From Candidatus Amesbacteria bacterium (lineage in GTDB: Bacteria; Patescibacteriota; Microgenomatia; CAZETR01; Amesbacteraceae), in assembly GCA_027371535.1 (NCBI GenBank), contig DAHXMV010000001.1, positions 172,825 to 236,824 of the forward strand: DNA of 64,000 nt, read 5' to 3'. A model generated the notes under the pieces. The model ran no database searches, was not told the origin of the DNA, and saw only the letters and a program-made list of their open reading frames with translations. Shown one piece after another: positions 39,417-49,727 of the stretch. Both the position numbers and the translations under genes were made by a program. Position 1 is the stretch's first letter. The number at the start of each line of letters is the position of its first letter.

Positions 39417-40055
39417 TTAATGAGTCAGCGTGTAGACGGTCATTTTGGCAGACATGCCATTTTTGATATCCGGATTTTGACCGGCGTCATACCGGGCATA
39501 AACTGTGAATTGCTGGGTGGGACGTTCCGATGACGTGGAAAATGAAAATACCGGGGCTACGGCACTGGGGGAAACTTCATCAATATATCCCCAAAAAGTC
39601 CGTCCCGGTAAAGCATCGACGGTAAAAGAAACCACCTGGCCGACTTTGATGTCCGTCAGGCCCTTATTTTCATCGATGGTACCGACCACCCTCAGGTTAA
39701 CCGGCCGAATCATCTGTATCAGCTGTGTTTGAGGCCCAACAACAGAACCGGTTAAATCGGGGGCTAAGATAATAAGGCCGTCGGCAGCCGCCCGAAGGGT
39801 TTCCGAACCTACCACGGCCAAAGCGTCACCAGGGCCTACCAGCTGGCCTTCGCGAACATCCATTTCCAAAACTTTAGCGGTGGATGAAGGCGAAACCGTG
39901 ATTACCGGGGCCTGGATGGTGGAATTGTCGATAAAAACCCGGCCGCGGCCGAGCTGATAAAACAAGAAAATTCCCATAATAATCAGCAGACAAAGAATTC
40001 CGGCAAAAATTTTAACCTGCGGACGATTTAAAAAAGCCGATGCGGGTTTTTTCAT
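39417..40055 (-). CDS. HlyD/EmrA-like membrane fusion protein
   Basis: TM helix, VREGQLV, IDENKGLTDIKVGQ, KNGMSA. Confidence 0.85.
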   Translation of the reverse strand: MKKPASAFLNRPQVKIFAGILCLLIIMGIFLFYQLGRGRVFIDNSTIQAPVITVSPSSTAKVLEMDVREGQLVGPGDALAVVGSETLRAAADGLIILAPDLTGSVVGPQTQLIQMIRPVNLRVVGTIDENKGLTDIKVGQVVSFTVDALPGRTFWGYIDEVSPSAVAPVFSFSTSSERPTQQFTVYARYDAGQNPDIKNGMSAKMTVYTLTH

Positions 40056-41137
40056 AGCAGAGGATACTTTGGAGCGGTTAAAGATTTCGGATCGGTAATA
40101 ATCCTGTCCCGGGGAGACAACCCGGCGGTAACTTCGATTTTATCCCCATGAACAGCTCCCACAGTCACTTCTCTCAGCTGAGACTGACCGTTATTATCTA
40201 CCCAAATATACCGGCCGCCCAGGACTGTCCAGGCAGGCACCAGAGCTACATTTTCGGAATGGGTGGTAATAATGGCAGTGCCGGTCATGTCCAATTTGGC
40301 GTTTTTTTGCAATTGGCTATTTTCGATATCGACCTGATAAACGGACTGGCCGCCGGGGGTGACAACTTTCGTAGGATAAATCCTGGTAACCACACCCGTA
40401 AGTTTGTCCGGCAACCCGTCGATAGCCAAAGTCACCTGACTGCCGACAGACACATAATAGATATTTTCCAGGGGGATGTTTGCCCTAAACACCATGGAAG
40501 CCGGATCGGCAAGAGTAAAAGTGGTTGCCGGTGAAATATTTAAACCGGGGACAGTCACATCCTCACGGGTAATCACGCCCTTAAACGGCGCGGTCAACCG
40601 GGATAATTCCAGGGCATAGTTGGCAATCTCGACATTAATAACCGAATTATCCAAACCCGCCTGGCTCTGATCCAAAAGTCTTTTAATGGCATCGTCCACC
40701 GCGGTGGTAAAGTCCATCTGGGCGTTGGTATAAGCAGGAGAAACCTGGGATTTTAAGAGCTGGTCCTGATAATTTTGCTGTGTCTGGTCAAAATTTTCAC
40801 GGGTGGTTTTATAGGCATTTAAAGCCAGGGTGAGCTGGCGCTGTAAAATATAGGAATCCAGCTGGGCGATTGTCCTGCCGGCCGGAACCATATCGCCGAC
40901 TTTATAAGGGACATAAACCAGTTTTCCTCCGGTCTGAAAATTCAGGTTGGCCGTAGTCTGGGCAGTGACAACACCGTCTGTGACTATGGTAGAACTGACG
41001 AACTGAACCGAGGTGGTAGCGGTTTTGACGGGAGAACCGAAAGCCGTGAGGTGCGGAAAAACCAGCACGGTGAAACCGGCTGCCAAAAACAGCAGGAAAA
41101 TCAGCAAATATGACAAAGATTTAGGCCAGATTTTCAT
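40052..41137 (-). CDS. Efflux periplasmic adaptor subunit
   Basis: LNFQTGGKL, coiled coil, LTAPFKGVI, EVTAGLSPRD; start MKIWP at 41137. Confidence 0.85.
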   Translation of the reverse strand: MKIWPKSLSYLLIFLLFLAAGFTVLVFPHLTAFGSPVKTATTSVQFVSSTIVTDGVVTAQTTANLNFQTGGKLVYVPYKVGDMVPAGRTIAQLDSYILQRQLTLALNAYKTTRENFDQTQQNYQDQLLKSQVSPAYTNAQMDFTTAVDDAIKRLLDQSQAGLDNSVINVEIANYALELSRLTAPFKGVITREDVTVPGLNISPATTFTLADPASMVFRANIPLENIYYVSVGSQVTLAIDGLPDKLTGVVTRIYPTKVVTPGGQSVYQVDIENSQLQKNAKLDMTGTAIITTHSENVALVPAWTVLGGRYIWVDNNGQSQLREVTVGAVHGDKIEVTAGLSPRDRIITDPKSLTAPKYPLL

Positions 41138-41567
41138 TAAGTTTTTGGAATCTTCGGGTAATGGTTTTAACAAGGTCATAAAGCTTTTCCTGTTCATCAC
41201 CTGTTAAATATGATAGAACTTTTTTCAGCTTTTTTCTGCGGGCACACAAGGCTTCATCCAAAAGTTTTTCCCCCTGGGCCGTGAGGCTGATTCTCGTCAG
41301 ACGGCGGTCCGTTTTATCCACATGGCGGGTGACAAGCCGGTGGGCGTACAATTTATTTAAGAGGCTTGTTGCCGACGGAAGCTCGATCCCGAAGTACCTG
41401 GCAATTTCATTCATGGGCACATTTTTATGCTTACTCAAAAAAAACAGTGTCTGAATTTGTAAAATGCTCAGATGGGTGAGTTTACCGGTATAGGACATAT
41501 GAGCTTTCAAAAGCCTGGCAGTATTAAAGATGGTTTCCACTAATTCCGAGGTTTTATCCCGGGCCAT
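41121..41567 (-). CDS. MarR family transcriptional regulator
   Basis: LSILQIQTL, PSATSLLNKL, DRRLTRISLTAQG. Confidence 0.92.
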   Translation of the reverse strand: MARDKTSELVETIFNTARLLKAHMSYTGKLTHLSILQIQTLFFLSKHKNVPMNEIARYFGIELPSATSLLNKLYAHRLVTRHVDKTDRRLTRISLTAQGEKLLDEALCARRKKLKKVLSYLTGDEQEKLYDLVKTITRRFQKLNENLA

Positions 41568-41579
41568 AATTCAACTTAG

Positions 41580-41630
41580 TTAGATTATCTAATTATTATA
41601 TAGTATAATCTTTTTAATCCCGGGTGTCAA
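41580..41630. promoter_or_regulatory. Divergent promoters with a MarR-type palindromic operator
   Basis: Minus strand TTGACA(41630-41625)-17bp-TATACT(41607-41602); plus strand TATAAT at 41604-41609; dyad TTAGA-TTA-TCTAA at 41580-41592. Confidence 0.7.
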
Positions 41631-41633
41631 TTT

Positions 41634-43373
41634 ATGATAAAACTACTACGATTTCTTGAGCCCTACAGATGGTGGCTGATACTGATTTCCATTCTGGCTA
41701 TCGGACAGTCAGTAGCCAATCTCTATCTGCCAAACCTGATGTCTGACATTGTGAATAAAGGAATTGCGGCTTTTGACACCGGGTTCATCTGGAGAACGGG
41801 GGGGATAATGCTGATTGTGGCCATCGGGGGAACGGTCTGTGCCACTGTCGGGGTATATTATGCTTCAAAAGTGGCTGTGGGGATGAGTACGGCTCTGAGG
41901 CGGGAGATTTTTAACCGGGTCCAGCAATTCTCACTGCATGAATTTGACACTCTGAGTACGGCATCACTTATCACCCGGACCACAAATGATACCAACCAAA
42001 TCCAGCAGGTAATGGTGATGATACTGGGCATGCTGATCACGGCGCCGATAACCCTGGTGGCCGGGGTTATTCTGGCTCTCGACCAGGACGTAACTTTATC
42101 CTGGATACTGGTGGCAATTATGCCGGTGCTGGTGTCGGTAATTTTGTTTTTACTGTTCAAGGCAGTACCGCTGTTTACAGCCATGCAGGTGAAAATTGAT
42201 AAGTTAAATCTGATTCTGGATGAAAATCTGACGGGAGTAAGAGTGGTGAGGGCATTTGACAGAATCGGCCATGAAGAACAGCGGTTTGATGAGGCTAACC
42301 ATGAAGTGACTGATATTGCCATCAGAGTCAACCAACTGATTTCCATCATGATGCCGGTAATGATGCTTCTGATAAATGTTTCCAGTGTAGCCATCATCTG
42401 GTTTGGCAGCCAGAGGGTAACCGGCGGACATTTACAAATCGGGGCGATGTTTGCCTTTTTGCAATATGCCTTCCAGATATTGTTTTCACTTTTGATGGTA
42501 GCCCTGCTTTTTATCATGATTCCCAGAGCAGAAGCTTCGGCGAAAAGAATTAATGAAGTATTTGAGATGACCCCGGAGATTAACGATCCGACCAAACCGG
42601 TCAAAAATCCACTCCTGCACGGATCGGTAGAATTTGACCGGGTGACTTTTTCCTACCATGGGGCGGAAAAACCGGCATTAGTAGATATTTCCTTCAAAGC
42701 CTTACCCGGACAGGTGACTGCGATTATCGGCGGGACCGGAGCGGGCAAGTCCACACTGGTCAATCTGATACCCCGGTTTTATGATATCGATTCGGGGAAA
42801 ATATTAATCGACGGAGCCCCAATCCAATCCTTAACCCAGCAGAACCTGCGTTCCAAAATCGGCTTTGTACCGCAAAAGGCAATTCTGTTTGCGGGGACAA
42901 TTAATGAAAATCTGCGTTTCGGAAAAGAAAATGCGACCGAGGCCGAAATCAAACATGCAGCCCAAATTGCCCAAGCCACAGAATTTATTTCCAAAATGCC
43001 GGAGGGTTTTGAAACCCAGATTGCCCAGGGAGGAACAAATGTTTCGGGCGGCCAGAAGCAGCGGTTATCCATTGCCAGGGCATTGGTGAGAAAACCGGAA
43101 ATTTACATTTTTGATGATACGTTTTCGGCATTGGATTTTAAAACCGATGCCAATCTCAGGGAGGCTTTAAAAAAAGAGACCCGGGAGGCGACGGTAATCA
43201 TCGTGGCCCAAAGAGTCAGTACGGTAATGGACACGGACCAGATAATTGTTTTGGAAGACGGCAAACTGGCCGGAGTAGGAAAACACAGGGAGTTGTTACA
43301 AATATCGGAAGTTTACCGGGGAATTGTGATGTCGCAGTTATCCCCTGATGAAATAGCCAGACAAAATACATGA
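41634..43373 (+). CDS. Heterodimeric multidrug-type ABC exporter, subunit 1
   Basis: TMD plus GGTGAGKS, VSGGQKQR, degenerate FDD Walker B. Confidence 0.93.
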   Translation: MIKLLRFLEPYRWWLILISILAIGQSVANLYLPNLMSDIVNKGIAAFDTGFIWRTGGIMLIVAIGGTVCATVGVYYASKVAVGMSTALRREIFNRVQQFSLHEFDTLSTASLITRTTNDTNQIQQVMVMILGMLITAPITLVAGVILALDQDVTLSWILVAIMPVLVSVILFLLFKAVPLFTAMQVKIDKLNLILDENLTGVRVVRAFDRIGHEEQRFDEANHEVTDIAIRVNQLISIMMPVMMLLINVSSVAIIWFGSQRVTGGHLQIGAMFAFLQYAFQILFSLLMVALLFIMIPRAEASAKRINEVFEMTPEINDPTKPVKNPLLHGSVEFDRVTFSYHGAEKPALVDISFKALPGQVTAIIGGTGAGKSTLVNLIPRFYDIDSGKILIDGAPIQSLTQQNLRSKIGFVPQKAILFAGTINENLRFGKENATEAEIKHAAQIAQATEFISKMPEGFETQIAQGGTNVSGGQKQRLSIARALVRKPEIYIFDDTFSALDFKTDANLREALKKETREATVIIVAQRVSTVMDTDQIIVLEDGKLAGVGKHRELLQISEVYRGIVMSQLSPDEIARQNT

Positions 43374-45310
43374 AAGACCAAGGCAAAACCAATCCGATGC
43401 GGACTGCCCCGGGGCCAATGGGCCGGGGTTTCGGGGCTATGGGCAGACCGGTAGAAAAAGCCAAAGATTTCAGGGGGACATTAAAAAGACTTCTGGCGTA
43501 TTTTGCCCCCGAAAAAAACAGGCTGCTGGTTATTGTCACAGCTGCTGTTTTCGGAACTATTTTTAATATCGTCGGACCCAAAGTCCTGGGTCTGGCAACG
43601 ACCAAACTGTTTGATAACCTGATTGCCAGTTTTATCATCCAAGCCAGAAACGTCGCCATTAAGAAAGAATTGCTCGTGAATCCCTACCTGTCCATTCATG
43701 CGTCACCCATACCGGGAATTGAATTCGGTTATATAGGCAAAATCATGCTGATATTACTCGGGTTATACATCATCAGCGCCGTGTTTATTTTCATCCAACA
43801 ATATCTGATGGCCGGGGTAGCCCAAAGAACCATCTATAAACTCAGAAAAGAGGTGGATGAAAAACTGTCCAGGTTACCCCTCTCATATTTTGACGGCCGG
43901 ACTCACGGGGAGATTTTGAGCAGGGCGGTGAACGATATGGACAATATCAGCTCTACATTACAACAAAGTATCGCCCAACTGATCACGTCTATACTGACAG
44001 TCCTGGGGGTTTTGGTAATGATGCTGTCCATCAGCTGGCTGTTAACAATCATTGTCCTGTTAACCCTGCCCTTGTCAATGGTAATTGTGGTGGGAATAGC
44101 CAAACGCTCACAGGATTATTTCCGCAAACAACAGGGCAGCCTGGGGGAGCTAAACGGCCATGTGGAAGAGATGTATACCGGCCACAAGATTGTCAAAGCC
44201 TTCGGCCATGAAGAAAAAGCAATTTCGGAATTTGGGGTGTTAAATGATAAATTATATGACGCGGGCTGGCGGGCCCAGTTCGTATCGGGAATCATCATGC
44301 CACTGATGAGATTTGTCGGCAATATAGGCTATATCCTGGTAGCCATTGCCGGCGGAGTGATGGCCACCCAGGGGACTATTTCAATCGGTGATGTACAGGC
44401 TTTTATCCAATATTCAGCCCAGTTTACCCAACCGATTGCCCAGCTGGCCAATATTGCCAATGTCATCCAGTCAGCCATTGCCTCGTCAGAAAGGGTATTT
44501 GAATTATTAGACGAGCAGGAACAGGTTCCGGAAGCAGGACATCCGCTAACCATTACCAACCCCCGGGGGGCAGTGGAATTCAAGCACGTCAGATTTGGTT
44601 ACAGTCCCGATAAAATTTTACTGGAAGACATGAATATTGACGTCAAGCCCGGCCAAATGATAGCCATTGTGGGACCGACAGGTGCGGGGAAGACGACTCT
44701 CATCAATCTATTGATGCGTTTTTACGAAGTGAACGGGGGGCAGATTCTGGTAGACCGTGTGGATATTACCAAAATGAGGCGCGGGGATTTGAGGCGGCAT
44801 TTCGGAATGGTGTTGCAGGATACCTGGCTCTTTCACGGAACTTTAAAGGATAATATTGCCTACGGACGGGAAAATGCCACCGAAGACGAAATTGTAAAGG
44901 CTTCCACGGCCGCGTACGCCGATCATTTCATCAGGACCCTACCCGAAGGTTATAACCTGGTATTAAATGAAGAGGCCACGAATATTTCGCAGGGGCAAAA
45001 ACAACTGCTTACCATTGCCAGGGCCTTTTTAGCGGACCCGGAAATCCTGATTCTGGACGAAGCAACCAGCAGCGTGGATACCAGGACCGAGCAGCTGATC
45101 CAGTCGGCCATGGAAAAGCTGATGCACGGACGGACCAGTTTTGTGATTGCCCACAGGTTATCCACGATCAAAAATGCGGACCTGATACTGGTCATGAATC
45201 ACGGAACCATTATTGAAAGCGGTTCACATGATACGCTGCTTTCCAAAAAGGGTTTTTATGCAGATTTGTATAACAGCCAGTTTCAGCATGCCGAAGAAGT
45301 AACAGCTTAA
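43370..45310 (+). CDS. Heterodimeric multidrug-type ABC exporter, subunit 2
   Basis: TMD plus GPTGAGKT, ISQGQKQ, LDEATS, IAHRLST. Confidence 0.93.
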   Translation: MKDQGKTNPMRTAPGPMGRGFGAMGRPVEKAKDFRGTLKRLLAYFAPEKNRLLVIVTAAVFGTIFNIVGPKVLGLATTKLFDNLIASFIIQARNVAIKKELLVNPYLSIHASPIPGIEFGYIGKIMLILLGLYIISAVFIFIQQYLMAGVAQRTIYKLRKEVDEKLSRLPLSYFDGRTHGEILSRAVNDMDNISSTLQQSIAQLITSILTVLGVLVMMLSISWLLTIIVLLTLPLSMVIVVGIAKRSQDYFRKQQGSLGELNGHVEEMYTGHKIVKAFGHEEKAISEFGVLNDKLYDAGWRAQFVSGIIMPLMRFVGNIGYILVAIAGGVMATQGTISIGDVQAFIQYSAQFTQPIAQLANIANVIQSAIASSERVFELLDEQEQVPEAGHPLTITNPRGAVEFKHVRFGYSPDKILLEDMNIDVKPGQMIAIVGPTGAGKTTLINLLMRFYEVNGGQILVDRVDITKMRRGDLRRHFGMVLQDTWLFHGTLKDNIAYGRENATEDEIVKASTAAYADHFIRTLPEGYNLVLNEEATNISQGQKQLLTIARAFLADPEILILDEATSSVDTRTEQLIQSAMEKLMHGRTSFVIAHRLSTIKNADLILVMNHGTIIESGSHDTLLSKKGFYADLYNSQFQHAEEVTA

Positions 45311-46362
45311 ACTTTCTCCAGCAGCCTCCAGAAATTTAAAACCCAGGCCCCCGGTGAATAATCACCGGATAATGAAGAATAAAAAACAAGTTCGGGAGTT
45401 TGGGTGGTAACATAAGCAGGGACCACCGGATCCGGCCTGGCATTGGGCCAATTACAATCCGGACAGGTTATTAATTGTTTATTTCGAATTTCGTTTTCCC
45501 GGATTTTGTTTTCAGGTTTCCAGCCGCACCTGGGGCAAATAATTTCACGACAGGAAGCATGCTCATGGGAGTCTCCCCCGTTTTGCCCCGAACTGCCTAA
45601 AAAGGCGCCGTTGGACGGACCACAGCCGGAACCAGATAAATCAATGCTACCGCCGATATTCATCATTATTTTTTCCGCTTGCAGCCCGGTAATGTAGGGG
45701 TTAATTTTATTTTTATTTGCCAATTCCAAGATTTGGGAAACCGGAGCCATGGCTTCTATTTTTTTACGGCATCGTTCTTTTATTTCACCGGATTCAACCT
45801 GATTCCAGATTTCGGCCGGTAGCGCAATATATAACCTGCCCGTAGAGTAAAGGTTAGTATTTTCGGAAAAAGTTGCAGACAAAGGTGTCATTTCGATATC
45901 GGTTGGGTTTTCCAGAAACGGAATACCGGGATAGTCCGACAATAACCTGAAACGGTTTAAAAGACCGACAACATCCTTAATACTTTCACGGTGACGGATA
46001 CCGTAAGCTTCAAAGGTTATAACACCGGAATCATTGGTGACCAAAAAAATATTTACCCGATTTTCGGGATAGGCATATCCCGGACTAACCCACACCACAA
46101 TCCGTTTTTGATTTTCGGGAGTTTCTTTTACCAACCTCTCGGTATCCAAAGCTGCCCAAGTAGAAGCAAAATATTTTTCCGTGGGGCTTAGTTCTGGAGG
46201 AAAATGATCATAGTACCATACATTATCAGGATCAATTGGTTTTTCTGTTATCAGGGCTTCGGTATGTAAAGAGGCGGCGTCTTCGGCGGCTTTCGAAAAA
46301 TCACCGGTATAAAAAAGGGTATAGAATGCGGGGCGGGTTTCGACTGACATAATTTCCTGCAC
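45307..46362 (-). CDS. Hypothetical protein with a C-terminal zinc ribbon
   Basis: CPRC...CPDC pair; long open frame. Confidence 0.6.
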   Translation of the reverse strand: MQEIMSVETRPAFYTLFYTGDFSKAAEDAASLHTEALITEKPIDPDNVWYYDHFPPELSPTEKYFASTWAALDTERLVKETPENQKRIVVWVSPGYAYPENRVNIFLVTNDSGVITFEAYGIRHRESIKDVVGLLNRFRLLSDYPGIPFLENPTDIEMTPLSATFSENTNLYSTGRLYIALPAEIWNQVESGEIKERCRKKIEAMAPVSQILELANKNKINPYITGLQAEKIMMNIGGSIDLSGSGCGPSNGAFLGSSGQNGGDSHEHASCREIICPRCGWKPENKIRENEIRNKQLITCPDCNWPNARPDPVVPAYVTTQTPELVFYSSLSGDYSPGAWVLNFWRLLEKV

Positions 46363-46507
46363 GGGAAAAATAGGGGTTGTTAGTTTTCTGGCTTTAACAG
46401 TTGCGGCACAGCCGGGGAATTTCGCCCCGATTCCTTAAACACAACCTGTAGAGTTACTATAAATAAATCTAAGTTATTGTCAATAATTGTTAATTGGGAA
46501 ATAGAAA

Positions 46508-47574
46508 TGACTAGGCCACTATACATGCAGAACGGTTGAGAAGTAATGTCAGGTAGGTACAATGGCTGCTACATGCGCGGTTTCAAAATACTTCCGGTGA
46601 TGTCGTTATCCCGTATATCCACTTTGTCCAGGGATGGCTTGAAGCGGTTGGAGTGGATTGATTGGTACTATACCCACGAGAAGAATGCTGAAGGCACTTG
46701 CAGACATTTCAGTCTGTCCAAATCAGTGTTTTACCGGTGGTTAAACCGGTTTGACAAGTACAACCTGGCTACGCTGGAGTTTGATACCCAAACCAGGAGG
46801 CCAGAACATCTGAGAAAGATGACTACTCCAAGAGAGGTTATCAGTTTGGTATGCCAGATTCGGAAAGACGATCCAGAAAAATCAAAGTATGAAATACAGG
46901 CTGAACTCAGAGAAATACATGGAGTAACTTTGGGTTACAACACCATCCAAAAGATTATCAACCGAGACCCCAGACTAGCCATTTTGAAGAAGAAAATCAA
47001 ACGTCACAAAAATCACAAGATTGACCGGATGCCAGCTGCATATGATCTCAAAGACCGGGATGTGGGGTCTTTGGTTCAGGTAGACACCAAGCACTATTAT
47101 GTCCTGGGAGAGAGGTATTACATATTTGCGGCAGTAGACTGTAAATCCAGATATGCCTATACCTACGCCTACACCAGAATCTCTTCCAGTTCTGCCCAGG
47201 ATTTTTTAACCAGAGTAAAAGCTTATTTTCCTTTTCCCATGTCAGCCATTAATACAGACAACGGATCAGAATATCTTTTGTATTTTCACAAATTAACTAA
47301 AGATTTAGGCATACCCCATTACTTTTCCCGGCCCCGAACCCCCACCATGAACTCCAGGGTGGAAAGACTAATTCAAACGCTGGAGTATGAATTTTTAAAC
47401 TATCAAACCATTAGTCCGGAGATTTCCCAGGTGAGAGAAATGTGTGAAAAATTTAATACAAAATACAATCAACAGAGGTATCACCGGGCTTTAAATTATC
47501 AAACACCACAGATGTATGTTAAAACCTATTTACAGAAAGGAGGTCAACCGTTCTCTATCTAGGTGGCCAGCACA
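46508..47574 (+). mobile_element. Complete IS481-like insertion sequence
   Basis: Imperfect terminal inverted repeats TGACTAGGCCAC..AGAACGGTTGA / TCAACCGTTCT..GTGGCCAGCACA; 5-bp direct repeat AGAAA at 46503-46507 and 47575-47579. Confidence 0.8.
46573..47562 (+). CDS. DDE transposase (rve integrase core, IS481-like)
   Basis: N-terminal HTH, VQVDTK, AVDCKSR, TDNGSEY, NSRVER, YNQQRYHRAL. Confidence 0.92.
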   Translation: MRGFKILPVMSLSRISTLSRDGLKRLEWIDWYYTHEKNAEGTCRHFSLSKSVFYRWLNRFDKYNLATLEFDTQTRRPEHLRKMTTPREVISLVCQIRKDDPEKSKYEIQAELREIHGVTLGYNTIQKIINRDPRLAILKKKIKRHKNHKIDRMPAAYDLKDRDVGSLVQVDTKHYYVLGERYYIFAAVDCKSRYAYTYAYTRISSSSAQDFLTRVKAYFPFPMSAINTDNGSEYLLYFHKLTKDLGIPHYFSRPRTPTMNSRVERLIQTLEYEFLNYQTISPEISQVREMCEKFNTKYNQQRYHRALNYQTPQMYVKTYLQKGGQPFSI

Positions 47575-47939
47575 AGAAATTGAAAGCACTCCGGATCAGG
47601 GGATAAACTATATCAGGCATATAGCCTCATATATATCGGATGACCTAAAAGTACACGGTTTGCCGAGGTACCTAAAACGCCCGGACCGGAAAAAGACTTT
47701 CCGATAAATTTTTTTGCAGGGATACATTCTTTCCGCCCAATATCAGACAACCCGGCGGTACGCGACTTAGTAGGATAAATTTGCATATAACTGCTTTTTT
47801 ACCTTCTAAATTAACCAGAGAGGAAACGGAAAATCCGAAGGTTTGGAGGTACATACCCTGAACGCTATCAGTGCTCTTAAAATATTTTTCTGGGCCGACC
47901 CGGCTGAAATTTTGAAGAAATATTTAAGCGCGCAATGAA

Positions 47940-48599
47940 TTACCAGGGACGGATCCGGCCGGCAAACCAGAAATTGCCGGTTGGATGAGAACGGGTCACC
48001 AATTCATACAATTCTTTGGCGGGAAATTCGGGTTCTCTGGGAGCCTGCGGACCTCCCATGTCCGTTTTTACCCAACCCGGGTCAAAAGCCGATACTGTGA
48101 TGTTTTTAAGACGATCTGCCAGGGTTTTGAGATACATATTGAGGGCGGTCTTGCTGATCCTGTAAGCCGGACAAACTCCGTTATCAAATCGGGTCAGGGA
48201 AGACATCATTGAGGAAACGGCAACTATCTGGCCATCGGACTTAATCAGAGGCAATATTCCCTCCGTAAAAGCGATCGTTCCGATTAGATTTATTTCCAAA
48301 ACCCGGCGGAGTACAGAGATATCGATCCGGTTTTCATCCGGTTCAAAACTGGCACCGGCGCAATTTATTAAAACGTCAATTTAGGGATATTTTTTAGTAA
48401 TATTTTGTACAGCTGAAGAAATACTTTCGGGATCGCTTAAATCCGTTACAAAATGGACATAGTTTGGGTGTTTGAGGTTTCTGTTTTCAGATGTCGAGGC
48501 ACCCAAAACCAACCAACCTTCAGCCAGAAATTTTTTGGCGGCAGCTAAACCGATTCCCCGGCTGGAACCGGTAATAAGAACTTTATTTTCTGTGTTCAT
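47940..48599 (-). pseudogene. SDR oxidoreductase with one in-frame stop
   Basis: ITGSSRGIG...ITKKYP-TAA(48383-48381)-IDVLINCAG...YRISK...PGWVKTDMGG, all in one frame. Confidence 0.85.
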
Positions 48600-49002
48600 T
48601 TGGCGTACTGCAATTGGAATAAGTTTCCTGATTGTTTTCCATTATAAAAGCCGTGTCACCTTTGCTCCAGAAGATAAAGGATTCGTCGCCATTGGCATAA
48701 CGAATACCGCTGCCTGAAAGCGTCTGGGGCAGTGATAACTGCCTGCCATCACTAAGAACCAAATTCACTTTTCCGGAAGGAACAGGCGGTTGACCGACCT
48801 GGGGAGTGATTTCCGGACCCTGATAGAAGACAGCCGTAACTTCTTTTTTACCATCACACTGATAAGTGACTTGGGAAATTAGTTTATAATCGCTAACCGG
48901 AACGGAATTTATTTTAACTGTATGTATTTTAAGGGAAAAAAACAGATAGCCGGCGGATATGAATACTAAAACCAGAATATACAAAAAAAATACTTTATTC
49001 AT
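48583..49002 (-). CDS. MliC/PliC family lysozyme inhibitor-like protein
   Basis: YQC, LPQTLSGSGIRYAN, FWSKGDTAF, terminal Cys. Confidence 0.85.
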   Translation of the reverse strand: MNKVFFLYILVLVFISAGYLFFSLKIHTVKINSVPVSDYKLISQVTYQCDGKKEVTAVFYQGPEITPQVGQPPVPSGKVNLVLSDGRQLSLPQTLSGSGIRYANGDESFIFWSKGDTAFIMENNQETYSNCSTPNEHRK

Positions 49003-49050
49003 TTACTTTTAAGACAAATTATACTTATAGATTGGTATAATACGCAAACC

Positions 49051-49434
49051 ATGTCTCCCCTACCTTATGAAACTTTTATTTTCAGCCAGCGATGCAGTGA
49101 ACCCGCTATCGAAGAATTTCTGAATCTTAACCCATCCCGGGACGGGGTATATACCACTGTGGTAGGGAATCAGGCTAACAGGGAAATACTGTTACAGGAA
49201 TTGGGTTTACCTTTAGATTTGAAAAATTGCCCGCCCATAGAGCATGGTTATAATAATAATGGAAGAGAATTCAGGGTTTTTTCCACAAACAGGCCAAACG
49301 TATATATCAGCCAGGAAAGAAAAAGTAAAAGATCGGGAAGAGAACCATGGAGTTATTTTCAGGTAAAGATGTTGGGGGTACATATCAACGAGGCATATCG
49401 GAAATCGATACAAAATTTTGATTTACACCGGTAA
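49051..49434 (+). CDS. Hypothetical protein
   Basis: 127-aa ORF preceded by TGGTATAAT. Confidence 0.6.
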   Translation: MSPLPYETFIFSQRCSEPAIEEFLNLNPSRDGVYTTVVGNQANREILLQELGLPLDLKNCPPIEHGYNNNGREFRVFSTNRPNVYISQERKSKRSGREPWSYFQVKMLGVHINEAYRKSIQNFDLHR

Positions 49435-49727
49435 TCATTACGTGTTATAAAAAGGCAGGTGGTTCCCAGGAATATAACTTCGCCGTGGCCGATACGGAAA
49501 ATACTGCTAGATATCTGATTTATTTAACCGGTGAATTAATATGATAATGGACGAAAACCAAAGTATTTTTAGAACCATACCTGATTTCTTCCTCCCCTAC
49601 CAACAACGGAATTTCTTTAATTTCTTTGATTAATTTGTCGGAATCCTCATATCAGGTTCCGGAAATTCCGGTATAAACGAAGGATTTGCAAATTTGTCTT
49701 TTCTTATAACTAACCTTCTTTATAATT

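Noticed and set aside
41858-42604. 248-aa antisense ORF and similar shadow ORFs (e.g. 29310-29927, 52512-53051)
   Set aside because: They lie opposite well-supported genes and have no motifs of their own.
46363-46502. Possible ncRNA or tRNA next to the IS
   Set aside because: There is only one short hairpin (CGGGG-AATTTCG-CCCCG) and a promoter-like box; no cloverleaf or recognisable family.
30829-48383. Stop-codon reassignment suggested by two in-frame TAA codons
   Set aside because: TAA, TAG and TGA all terminate conserved genes here (secA TAA, serS TAG, sod TGA). The two TAAs replace different expected residues, so they are nonsense mutations or errors.
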